Shown piece after piece: positions 12,111 through 23,889 of a DNA stretch of 64,000 nt (within the stretch, counting starts at the first letter, position 1; each line of letters starts with the position of its first letter). The position numbers and the translations under genes were made by a program. Source of the DNA: Octopus vulgaris (Eukaryota); the NCBI GenBank assembly GCA_951406725.2, contig OX597816.1, positions 106,640,001 to 106,704,000 of the forward strand, read 5' to 3'. A model generated the notes under the pieces. The model saw only the letters and a program-made list of their open reading frames with translations. It did no database searches and was not told the DNA's origin.

Positions 12111-13884
12111 TCCTGGTGTTCTAGTTAATGCTCGGATTGAAATAGATATTTCTCTGTGAACAGGTATGACGATATTTCTCGCGTCCTACTTTAAAGGAAG
12201 CGCTGCTGAGAAGCAGGCTCATATTTGCTTATTATATAAACAGTGAATGTAAACGCGCGCGCGCGCGCGCACAGTGTGTTTATGGAAGCACAAATGTGTT
12301 CGCCTAATCAACTAAATTCAGTGATGGGGCAATGTTTCACAATTATTACGAATATAGCGAACAAACACACATACATACAGAACTACATAGGTACATACGT
12401 GCTTACACATCTATACATCCATACAAAATCAAGCAAGTTACAAGTACCACAGTAAGAGGAACTCAATGTAACGAGTATAGAGTTAATTTATATTTTATTA
12501 CTTTCAAGGATACTCAAAGTGGTTGAATATCTGTCTTGAGAGTGGCATATCACTGATATCACTTCCTATAATTCTCAAGTGGAGTACTCAACCGCTGAAA
12601 TATCAGCTTGTCTCTGAAGATAGATGCTAAACATCTTTGAATATTCTTGACACTAACGGTAACAAGGCTTGGCAAAAGTCTACAGCTGTGTGTGTGTTTG
12701 GTAAGTGCTAACGCATGAAACTCTCGGCCTTTGAGTCACTAAGTTCTACCAAGCTAATTATTAATAAAACATACACACACATACTCATGTTTTGAGTTGC
12801 ATCATTAAATATTATGCACACACACACACAAGCAATTAGTACTTAGTTGCAAACTCCTCTCCGGACCCTCGCCTCATTCTCTCCTACCAGCAGGTTCAAA
12901 ACTACCTCATTTGATTGGATCTTGTGCTCTCTAATGTTGCGCCTCTGTGTCTTCAGAAATCTGACAGGCCTATCTATCACGTGGATTAGCCTTTGGTGTT
13001 TCTACGTCGTCTAGTTAGCGTGTATTTTTAGTTTTCAAGTTGTATCACTTCAATCATGTACGTATCAAATTGTATCTGTATTTGAAACAGCAGCTTCATC
13101 TGCTAAAAGTGACACTCCCCATTAGTATAATAGTTCTATCTCATTACTGTAATGGTATTCTCTAGGGATTTAGAAGAAAGGGATCTTATAATTACATCTA
13201 AAGGTATCTCAGGATAATTGAAATAGTAAGAGCAAATCGATCATCGATCAATAAAATAAATGTCAACCTGCTTCGCAAAGATTAATGGATTAACTGATTA
13301 TTTTTTTCTTTAAAACTCAGTCCATGATCCAGTATCTAAGCAGTTGAAATTCTTTTTGTAATATATATTTACAATAAATATTCGCAAAATATCAGCCCTC
13401 CATATTCTGTTTGTTTAATTTGTATCAGAATTAAGTTAATTTATGCTACATCTCCGAACAGGGCAACTGAAGTTGGGTTCATTATAGCTGTCTTTATTAT
13501 ATAACCATACCAATTTAATTACGCGATTTCTGCAGCAAAACTGTATTAACATGAATTTTTCAGTCAAATAAATTCTAATCTTCTTTGATTATTATCCAAT
13601 TTAACAGCATACTTGGCAGTAATTGATATTTTCATTTCAATCTCCTCTATCATATATCCTTATTGCATATTTACAAAACAATGTTTTTTAATGATTTTTG
13701 TCACAATATGTCTATCTTACATATAAAATTGTTATAGAGGATTATAGGAAATGCAGCTGGAACTTTAAAAACGAGAATAATAAAACAGTAACAAAGACAC
13801 TGGAATATCACCTTAGATATATTTAATTAGTCTTGATATTTCTAGTAAGGTACCCTTTTTACAAAGGTGTTAAGAGAATAGGAA

Positions 13885-13936
<52 letters not shown>

Positions 13937-14152
13937 CGAGGGCTTGCTGAAAAGTTCCCGGCTGTGGCTAAAAGAAAATACAGGAGGATCAGTTACTTGT
14001 AAACCTTGATACACGATTTAATTCTAACTCAGGCGCAAAGCGAGCTTGTTACAAATATGTCAAGTTTTCTCATTTTCTCTTTGCTCGTGGGTCGTATTAC
14101 TTTGCCAGAGGGAAGAAGAGAGAAAGAGACTCTTTGTACCTTTGCTCTAGAG

Positions 14153-14398
14153 CAGTGTTTCTAAACCATCATTTGCCTATGGACCCCTTTGATTCCAATT
14201 TTACTCGAATGGGCCCTCATAGCTATTTGATGTTTAAATGATTATATTTTTATAATTGAATATTATTAGGAATTGTATCTAAAAATTGTTAAAATATTTG
14301 TAAAAGTATAACCAGTTGATTGCACATGAATTTTAGCATCAAAAGCTTACGTGTCCATCCCCCTTAAGGGCCATATGGACCCCGGTTGAGAATCACTA
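14153..14398 (+). mobile_element. hAT (Charlie-type) MITE
   Basis: TIRs CAGTGTTTCTAAACC / GGTTGAGAATCACTA; perfect 8 bp TSD CTCTAGAG at 14145-14152 and 14399-14406. Confidence 0.85.
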
Positions 14399-14899
14399 CT
14401 CTAGAGTCTCAAGTGGAAGTTTATTCTGTCTGAGAGAGATAGCTTATTTCTAGCATCTTTGGTCTGAAGTCTCACCTTACAAAACAATTCTTCTTTGTTT
14501 ATGAAAGCCTGGTCAGTATGCGCTGTCTCAAAAACCTTCCTCTTTGTTTTAAGTTCATATAAAAACATTTGGTTCCGTCTTCAGTTAGCTTTTACTGATA
14601 TGCTTTTGCTACCGACTGTTCAGACCTGGGTGCATACGTCTTGTGAATCCCATATATAAAGAGCAAGGTTACATTTTATAATAATACTGAACTACCTGAA
14701 CTAGATTACAGCTTTTAAATCTCACCCCTCCATCCAATATGACAGCAAGGACGTATGGTCGCTGCAGTCCTTTTTTTAAACAAGCTTTTTAATTTTACTT
14801 TCCTATAAATAAATAATAAAAATAATACATTTTAATGCAACAAAAGACTATCATGTGGATATAAAATTGGTAAATATTTGGTAAATTTTTACAAAGGAA

Positions 14900-15090
14900 G
14901 AAGAAGAGACATCAAAACTTGTTCTCTGGGGTCGACAGCATAATACTGACAAGCGTAAGAGACATCGGCTGACATTTATCGACGACCTGAAAGAGGACAC
15001 AAGATTGGATTTTATCCATGTACTTAAGGTGGTGAAGATGAATCGAGATGCTCGGCGAAACGGCTTTGTCTTCTAGGAGTAGGTGGGAGC
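14900..15090 (+). mobile_element. RTE LINE 3' terminal fragment
   Basis: SKLVLW..H..KRKRHRLTFIDDLKEDTRL..MNRD resembles the RTE C-terminus. Confidence 0.55.
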
Positions 15091-15869
15091 CCAGCCAAAA
15101 TAAAGTACGAAATAAGGATACATAATTGAGGTTTTTTGAAGTATGTATTTCATTCACTAATTTTTCTATAATCAGATTACTATTTCAGTTAAGATAATTA
15201 GGGATTTTGTAAAAGAATGATCTGGGGATAATAAATAAGCTAGGTACGTTTTTTTTCCCCTTTCAATTCCTCATAATGTTGTCGAACGCTGACAAAGATG
15301 TATAATTAATAACATTCAAAAACATGAAGATGGCACCAAAGTGAAGCTGGAAAATTTAGGTAAACAAAAATATTTACAGATTTTATATCGTTATTTACCC
15401 AGTTATATTACAAACTCTTCAGTGCCATCCGTTTTGAAAGCCAACCGCCAAAGAAATAGTTTCCCCAATAAGGAAACAATTCAAAACTTCAAATACCTCC
15501 GTAATCTGCACGTAGTAGTTTATGTCAGTGATAACGCAGAGAAGCCATCGTTAGCTCGTCTTCTGAGTCGTTAGTTATACTTTATATTATGTGATTCTAC
15601 ATTATCCACTTTATCATCTTACTACATACACTCCCACACCAAAACTCACACACGCGCGCTAATGTGTGTGTGTGGGGGGTGTATGTGTGTGTGTGAGCTT
15701 GGGTGCGCGCTTAAGGTATGTAGCTGATTAAATGGATGAGATAGTGAACTGTTCAATATTGGGCTCGAATTTTAAATCCACTAGTGGATTTATATGTATA
15801 TATATTTATTTATATATATGACATATTCTACATTGACTTACTTCACTTGGCTTTGAGGGAGAATATACT

Positions 15870-16278
15870 CTCTTTACTCTCTTTTACTTGTTTCAGTCAT
15901 TTGACTGCGGCCATGCTGGAGCACCGCCTTTAATCGAGCAACTCGACCCCGGAACTTATTCTTTTTGTAAGCCCAGTACTTATTCTATCGGTCTCTTTTG
16001 CCGAACCGCTAAGTAACGGGGACATAAACACACCAGCATCGGTTGTCAAGCAATGCTAGGGGGACAAACACAGACACACAAACAAACACACATGCATATA
16101 TATATACATATATACGACAGGCTTCTTTCAGTTTCTGTCTACCAAATCCACTCACAAGGCATTGGTCGGCCCGGGGCTATAGCAGAAGACACTTGCCCAA
16201 GATGCCACGCAGTGGGACTGAACCCGGTACCATGTGGTTGGTTAGCAAGCTACTTACCACACAGCCACTCCTGCGCCT
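15870..16278 (-). mobile_element. SINE family A, full-length, low-divergence copy
   Basis: Head GGCGCAGGAGTGGCTGTGTGGTAAG (A box), GGTTCAGTCCC (B box), internal microsatellite, tail ..GAAACAAGTAAAAGAG. Confidence 0.9.
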
Positions 16279-16561
16279 ATATAGTTATGAAAAAGTTTTA
16301 AGATCATATTGATCTTAAAATACCAGTGGCATTTTTGTAGAATTTCACAGATAAAAGACAACCCGGGTCACATTAAATTATATTGACCTATTAAATCTTT
16401 TCTTTTCCTCAATTAGCTTATAGAGATCTCAAGAAAAAAATTACATAAGTTAGTGGTGATATAAGTAAAGAAAAATTGGTTTGCATATGGTCTTTTGGAA
16501 ATCTCCTACCAGAAAACATATTCAAAACGAAATGGTTTGTATTTTTAAACGAAATACTTAC

Positions 16562-17132
16562 CTATACAGACCGTATCTTGAGTGTCAGTACAAGGCTGTA
16601 TCATGATTTGGTCCCTGGCACATGTGCGACATTTCACACAACCGATAGTTCCACTGATCAAGTGGGAATATGTATTATTGGGACATCGTTGGCACCAACT
16701 ATTTTCCGTTGGGCTGCAGGGTCGCACGGCACCCCAGCCTACCGGACATAGAGTACATAACATACAAGCTTGCAGTTCTGTTGAGTAAAAAAAACCAGTC
16801 GAACATTCACACTGTGTATCATGGGTGACGTTGCAAACTTTTTTAATGTAAGTGTGCTCGGGACACGTTGAACAGGGCTTGCATTCTTCTGTTGAACTAG
16901 CCTGTGATGAAAATGTCTTCCCAGCTTGACACGGCGCACAGACTGTGTCCTGGTTGCGAGTACAATTACCGACGACACCTGAACCGGGTTCACAGAGTTG
17001 ACAACAGGAAGAACCATTTAAATTGCTCTGGTTGCTTGGACAGATTCCAGCTGTGATATCCTGTAATGTGAGGAAAGTAAACCAGTGAATAATTTGGGAC
17101 AGAATAATTATTTTAAAAACTTTGCAACGCAT
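16562..17132 (-). CDS. TNF receptor superfamily ectodomain exon, p75NTR/TNFRSF16-like: signal peptide plus 4 cysteine-rich domains
   Basis: MRCKVFKIIILSQIIHWFTFLTLQDITA signal-like N-terminus; CC..CEPGSGV..C...DTVC / PC..G.TFS..S..EECKPC..C / ECSTGFFY..C..C..CPVGWG..PC / RCPNNTYS..C..CRTC..QPCT.TQDTVC; donor AG|GTAAGT at 16562/16561; candidate acceptors at 17136-17137 and 17061-17062. Confidence 0.93.
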
Positions 17133-17789
17133 TTGCTTGGTTGTAAAAATAAAATTTAGCTTTTAATAGGTTTAATGTATTTGATAATTTATACAAAAAC
17201 ACAGAGAAAATAAGTAAAACAAAACAACAAAATTCATTTGATAATGTTATTTTTCAATTAACACACTCCCCTCACACCATTACTTTCCTGTAACCACCCC
17301 GCACATGTATCCCATCTCTAAATCATTTATCTAACATCAAAGACCACACTTTCAGCTTTGATCTTATTACGTCGAGAATAAAAAAATAAAAATAAAAAAC
17401 AGTTCATCAAATTGAAACTTCATTAAACAACCTTCGCCACCAATTAAAAAGAGCAAATCTAAACAACAACAACAACAACAACAGCAATCATCATCATCGT
17501 TACAAAACATGTTTCAACAGACATCAAACAATACTGTCATACTTTCCAAATTGAATTAGTTGAAACTCAGAGGCAGGCTTAATAACATTTTTTTAAAATT
17601 TTAAATCAGATTCTAGTGAGGTCCACTTTATAATTTCGTTTTCGTCTATTTTTTAATTTCTACCTCATCACATAAGGTTAAATGTGTGGTCTGTTTTCTC
17701 CCTTAAAACCGCTCTTACACTGCTAATTAATTAAATCAAGTAGGTGTTATTGTACTGAATAACGTATGCAAATATCAACAGCCCTTTCC

Positions 17790-18440
17790 ACAATAGGCAC
17801 AAGACCTAAAATTTTGGGGAGGGGGACTAATCGATTACACCGACTCCAGTGTTCAACTGGTATTTATTTCATCAACCCCAAAAGGATGAAAGGCAAAGTC
17901 GACCCCAGCGGAATTTGAACTCCGGCGTCCTAACGATTCAGCCAGTTCACCGCCTTAATAATAATAATTTCGCCACAAGGGCAGCAATTTTGGGGGAGGG
18001 GATAAGTCAATTACATCGACCCCCAGCATTCATCTGGTACTTATTTTATCGACCACGAATGGATGAAAGGCAAAATCAACCTCGGCGGAATTTGAACTCA
18101 AAACGTAGCGACGAGCGAAATACCGCTAAGCATTTCGTCCAGCGTGTTAACGATTCTGCCAGCTCGCCTTATTGTTGTTGTTGACGACGATGATGATTCA
18201 GTTCATTACGAAATTTTTTAAAGAATTCATTAAAAACACGTCATTCAGTACGGCAATATCTATTTGATTTATCTTATACCATGTTGTTGGCTTACATTTG
18301 TATGTTATTTCTTAGAGTTCAGTATTGTTTCTAATATAGGCACAAGGGTAGCAATTTGGAAGGAAGGAGTTAGTTGATTAAATCGGATTTAGTGCTTGAC
18401 TGGAACTTTATTTCATCGACACCAGACAGATGAAAGGTTG
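17790..18440 (-). mobile_element. SINE family B, two tandem copies plus a fragment
   Basis: Same unit as 6295-7450. Confidence 0.8.
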
Positions 18441-18509
18441 TAATCTACTAACATATGTTGAGTTCACTTTCACCCGTAGAAGTTATATCACTTCTACGTC
18501 CGTCCAATA

Positions 18510-18858
18510 CCGTGGTACTCAATCAGAGTCTGTATGGCCCCTGAGGGTCCACATAAAATTTTTAGGGGTCCATGTAATAAAATAGTAAATTGGGGATCCA
18601 CAATCGTATTTTGCCCCCCACCGAAAAAATTGCTTTAAATGTATGTAATTAGTATGTATTGCAAGAAACAGCTAAATTTCTTTCTTCAACATTTTACATA
18701 GTTCAAACTACACAGGTGGATGTGTGAAAAACAAAATAGGGATTTTGAAAGAATCTTCTATATAACTAATTTTTAAACATCGAATGGTTATTGGGTATCC
18801 TCCAGAATAAAATAGTAATCAAAGGGGTCCATAGATGAAAAATGGTTGAGAACCCTTA
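18510..18858 (-). mobile_element. hAT MITE of the 14153 family, opposite orientation
   Basis: AAGGGGTCCATAG..TGGTTGAGAACC end; TSD GTCCAATA/GTCTAATA. Confidence 0.75.
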
Positions 18859-19081
18859 GTCTAATACATTCATTCCATAATGAACAATTCTGATTAGCTG
18901 CGGTTGTGGCTGTCTTTGTTACTATTTAGTCCGCAGGTTAGCCGAAACTGACCATATGAACAGAGTTACATGGAAGTATGGAATACATATACCCACCAAA
19001 CAACCCTTCCACATAAATAGAAATGAAGGCCTCACTTGTATATTAAAGTGTCATGTTCACCCACCATGTGATGGCATGTTT

Positions 19082-19146
<65 letters not shown>

Positions 19147-19282
19147 AACAAACACACTAATTCATATACCCAGAACCTCATAAGTTGTTTTGATTTAAAC
19201 AAGAGCCACATCACTTTGGAACTGGCTCGAATTCTGTAAAAGAAAAGAACTTAAACAAATCCCAAACGCACACACGCACGCA

Positions 19283-19329
<47 letters not shown>

Positions 19330-19404
19330 ATCATCATCTAGTAGAGGAGTTAGACTTGCTGAAGCCCTAAACCATATAAAATTTGGAGGCCCATTGTCAT
19401 AAAT

Positions 19405-19840
19405 ACTGGTTTCAAATTTTGGTGCAAGAGGAAGGGAGTTAAGTCGATTACATCAACTCCAGTGCTTGACTGGTACTTATTTTATCAACCCCGAAAGGGA
19501 TGAAAGGCAAAGTGGTTCTCGGCACAATTTGAACTCAGAACGTAAAGGCGGACGAAATGCTGCTAAGCATTTTGCTTGGCGTGCCAACGATTTTACAAGC
19601 TCGCCGCCTTACCTTATCATAAATATTGGTTTCAAATTTTGGCACAAGCCCAGCATGTTCGGGGAAGGAGGTAAATCGATTGTATCGAACCCCAGTACTC
19701 GACTGCTACATATTTTATCGACCTCAGTAGGATGAAAGATAAAGTCGATCTCGGCGGAATTTGAACTCAGATAGTAAAGACGGACGAAATGCCGCTGAGC
19801 ATTTTTCCCGGCGTGCAAACGATTCTGCTACCTTGCCGAC
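19405..19840 (-). mobile_element. SINE family B tandem dimer
   Basis: Two consecutive ~210 bp units. Confidence 0.8.
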
Positions 19841-20069
19841 TTACTCTCATCACAAATGTTGAAAGCATATATAATTTATAATTATCATGAAGATTATAAA
19901 GCTCCAAAAATCCGGCACAGATTAAATCTAAAACGAAGACAAAATAGTAGTAATCTGTTGCGCTAGCAGTTCCTGAATTAATTTTTTTTTTGCAACGTGG
20001 CCCGGGGCACCAGGCATATAACAAAATATAATAAAGTGCATAATATATAGAGATCTCATGTACTTATGG

Positions 20070-20450
20070 TGTAGGCGTGGCTGTGTGGTAAGAAGCCTGT
20101 TTCTCAACCACATGATTCCGAGTTTGGGCCCACTGCGTAGCACCTTAGGCAAGTGTCTTTTGCTATAGCTTCGGGCCGACCAAAGCCTTGTGAGTGGATA
20201 TGATAGATGGAAACTGAAGAAGCCCATCCTATATACATGTGTATGTGTCTTTGTATCTGTGTTTGTGTACCCCCACCCACCCATCATCGTTTGACAACTG
20301 GTGTTGGCATGTTTACGTCTCCGTAACATAGTGGTTCGGCAAAAATCACGAGGTTTAAGAAATAATTTTTAGGGCGATTTGTTCGACTAAAACCCCTTCA
20401 AGGTGGTGCTCCAGCATAGCCGTAGTCAAATGACTGAAACAAGTAAAAGA
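20070..20450 (+). mobile_element. SINE family A, full length
   Basis: Reverse-complement homology to 15870-16278. Confidence 0.85.
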
Positions 20451-21786
20451 GTATATAATAGATGTATAATGCGAAAACACGCTGCAACTTGCGATAGTCA
20501 ATAATATAGAAATAAAAATTGAAATCTATTCTTTCTGTGCGGCCCGGTGGCTGGAGGCCTTTTAAGTTAGACTGAAAATGGACAAGACATGACACAGCAT
20601 CTGGTACTGTGGGTCCAGCTCGGGAGTTCAGGAGTTACCACTACTCTCAGGGTTACACTGGCCCGAGTAAATGGCTCCTGTTAAGGGTCCCAGTTATGAG
20701 TTAAAATCCTGTGGCTAAGGTGTACTAGGAGGACTGCTAATAGGTCATGCTCTGATGTCATGTGAATCAGTCTTCCTACCTGGGGATTAAACAGGCCCTG
20801 TGCTTCAACGATAAGCTCGAGGGAGCACAAGATTAGTAGAATTAAACCGATAGAGGGCAACAGAAAATCACTCCTGTATCTTTCCCCACCAAAAAAATCA
20901 TGAATTTTCAAGCTTTGACGTCAGTATAGATATGGCACATGTAGGCAGGGGGAGAGACAGACGGACAGAGATGAGGAGAAGAGGAGAGAGAGAGAGGGAG
21001 AGAGAGAGAAACTTTTATGAGTCCAAATTCTGCTTGAGCCGACTTCCCCTTACATTCCTCACCTTGTTACAAGTACCTGGAAATCGTTTTAATTGACTAT
21101 ATAATCCCACCCTAAGCATACCGACCAGGTTACTCGTCTGAAGATAATTAATCTATGATTCGTGTATCCCTTAACACACACCGCAGACCTTCGGAATCTC
21201 AGCAAAAGGATATGAGTAGTCATTCTTCCTCTGAGTCAACCATAAAATGGAAAGGAAAAAAGTGTTAAGGAAAAAAAAAATTAAATTTAGACATTTAGTG
21301 CTTTGTCCCAGTGTAAGATATGAATATAAAATTTGTAGCACCGTTAGATCCATGATCTAACCAAAGTAAATTACAATCAAATGGTATGATATTGGATCTC
21401 GTTGCATCACCACATAAAGATTTTTCTCTGATAAAAAAAAATCAGCAATACGGGATCATTTTATTGTGTTTGAGGCACGAGTGTGTGAGTGTGTATGTGG
21501 TGCGTGTCTATGTGTGTGGTGTGGTGGTGGTGGTGGTGGTGGTAGTAGTGTGTGTATTTGTGTATTTGCGTGATGCATATATGAGATGCATGTGTGTGTG
21601 ATGTGCAGTGTGTGTGTGTAAAAGAGAACTATGTAACGTGCTTGCGTTTGCTTTTCTCTACCATCTCTTGTTTTTTTTAAATTTATTTATACACTTTCAC
21701 TATTCTTGTTCTCTGCTTTGTGCACCGATTTTTTCTCTTCTATCTTTCCCATTGCATAAATTTCTATCTCTTCCTTGCAAAATATG

Positions 21787-21844
<58 letters not shown>

Positions 21845-22097
21845 AACGCACTCGCACATCATATTAGAGAAACGTCTCGCACACTTTGTTGGCGTAGGGT
21901 TAACCCAGAACAAATACAGTTCCAATCACAACATTCCATCTGGAAAGATTTCTTTACGAGCCCATTAGAACGCTTCTATTTGGTGGCCGTTTTCCGAACG
22001 AAGAAAGAAACAACCGCCATTTTAGATCTCAGCTGAAGACTAAACGTTAAGCAAACATTAAAACTGGATGTGTGTGTGTACGTACACATATACACAC

Positions 22098-22136
<39 letters not shown>

Positions 22137-23233
22137 TATATATATATATATATATATGTATACACATATATAATGCATACATAGATTATATATAAGCAAT
22201 AATGCAACAGGCGTGTAATGAATGGTAATGGTTGATGTTAAAAGATTAATAGCAAATAGTCGCTTAGTGCAACAAATGGCAACATTGTGATATAACTGAA
22301 ACATAGTGGTACCATTCAGGAGAAATGATAAAGAAAAGAAAAAGAAACAAAAACAAAATGAAGCAATTACATTCTTTACCGTACAATATGTTAGAGAAGA
22401 TTCAGTGCTTTGTATGGTTGAACTCAAAGTACACTACAGTATAGATAAACGTTGGTAGCCTCTAAGCTGTCGCTTGAACGATTATAAGCATCAACCAAAT
22501 TTCCCTCAAATTATATACCTCCACCATCTAACATAAAGAAAATGTAATAGACAATATAATCCTAGATATAGAAAAAAAACTGGATGGTCACAAATGGAAT
22601 ACGTTTGATCATACCTTTGCTCGATCAGAACTGACTTGGGGTTAAATAACAGCGTCGGCGATGTATTAGAGGTAAAGAGAGCGTGGCTGACCACGTTCAT
22701 AAGGTACCGGGAAACTAACCAAGAGGACAACAATCGTCGTAGTGCTGTGTCCGTGGTCAAGACAAATCGGCCAGTCCACATAGGCGAAGAACAGATACTG
22801 CCATGAATCGACGAGTTCATTCGACCTTCAAGAAATAGCAGTTAAATCTCCATTAACCCTTTAGTACTAAGATTCCTCCTAGTTTTGAAAAGAGAATGGC
22901 ACACGAATAAGGTAGCCCTAGATACTCAATGCCCGAGTGAATGACGTAGTAGTCATGGTTGGAATGTATGTGGTCATAGTTCTACCCAGTTGCAGTTGAT
23001 TTGGAACTGAAAAACAACAGCAGCACTGCTGCATAGAAAATAATCATATCGCCATTATGTAGAGGCAGCAATGTTGTTTGACCCTAGGTCAGCCCTGGTT
23101 GAGTTGATCAAACTATTCCAACCGTGATCATCTCGGCCTTTTGTTTTCCTGACGTATTCTGACTAGGACAACAAATATCAAAATACTACCCCCATCGTCT
23201 TAAAAATCGTTAAACAGATGGGATCAACTAATA

Positions 23234-23493
23234 AAAAAAATAATAAATGCGCTCTTTTAAAGCCTAGCCAGACTCACGGGCCCGGTTTCCCGGTTTCTAT
23301 GGCGTATGTGTTCCCCAGCTGGACGGGACGCCAGTCCATCGCAGCGTCACTCATTTTTGCCAGCTGAGTGGACTGGAGCAACGTGAAATGAAAAGCTTTG
23401 CCTAAGAACACAACGGGTCGCTCGATACAGGAATCGAAACCACAATCTTACGATCATGGTGCTGACACCCTAACCACTAAGCCACGCGCCTCT
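23234..23493 (-). mobile_element. tRNA-derived SINE family C with 20 bp TSD
   Basis: TSD ACAGATGGGATCAACTAATA at 23214-23233 and 23494-23513; head GGCGCGTGGCTTAGTGGTTAGG..GGTTTCGATTCC; body GCGATGGACTGGCGTCCCGTCCAG; partial copy at about 25235-25385. Confidence 0.9.
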
Positions 23494-23889
23494 ACAGATG
23501 GGATCAACTAATACTGAATATAATATGCCAATAAAGACAGGACGGCCACGGCTAGAATGCCTGTTAAACATTGTTCCCTCGACATAAGGTATGGTTCTCA
23601 CAATACATGTAAATGCTATCAGAGAACGACACTAGCTACAAATATTCATCAAGAAGACTCCAAAACATCTACAGATGTGTCTTAAATCTCCAAAACACAT
23701 AATTCTACGAAAGAAAACCCAACATTTTTGGATTATTATTTATAAATAACACAGAAGAATACACTATTCATAAAAAAAATAATACGGACATCAACAACAG
23801 CAATAAAAAAGAAAACAGGGAATATCTTTCCAAAGCTTACACAGAATATATCTAAAAATAAACGTTTCCCACACAAATACAAACTTTGT

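Noticed and set aside
12605-12655. CTGAAGA plus hairpin hammerhead candidate
   Set aside because: Lacks the GAAA core and a PLE context
13935-13965. Mariner-like TIR TACGAGGGCTTGCTGAAAAGT
   Set aside because: No partner TIR or transposase found, so not called as an element
16043-16312. Recurring ORFs such as MSSNARGTNTDTQT (also 267-476)
   Set aside because: Antisense translations of SINE-A
20681-20911. Signal-peptide-like ORF with CAG|GTAGGA donor as TNFR exon 1
   Set aside because: No in-frame ATG after the upstream stop; the plus strand resembles retroelement UTR sequence
23420-23493. Functional tRNA gene
   Set aside because: tRNA-like head is part of a TSD-flanked SINE; no complete cloverleaf seen
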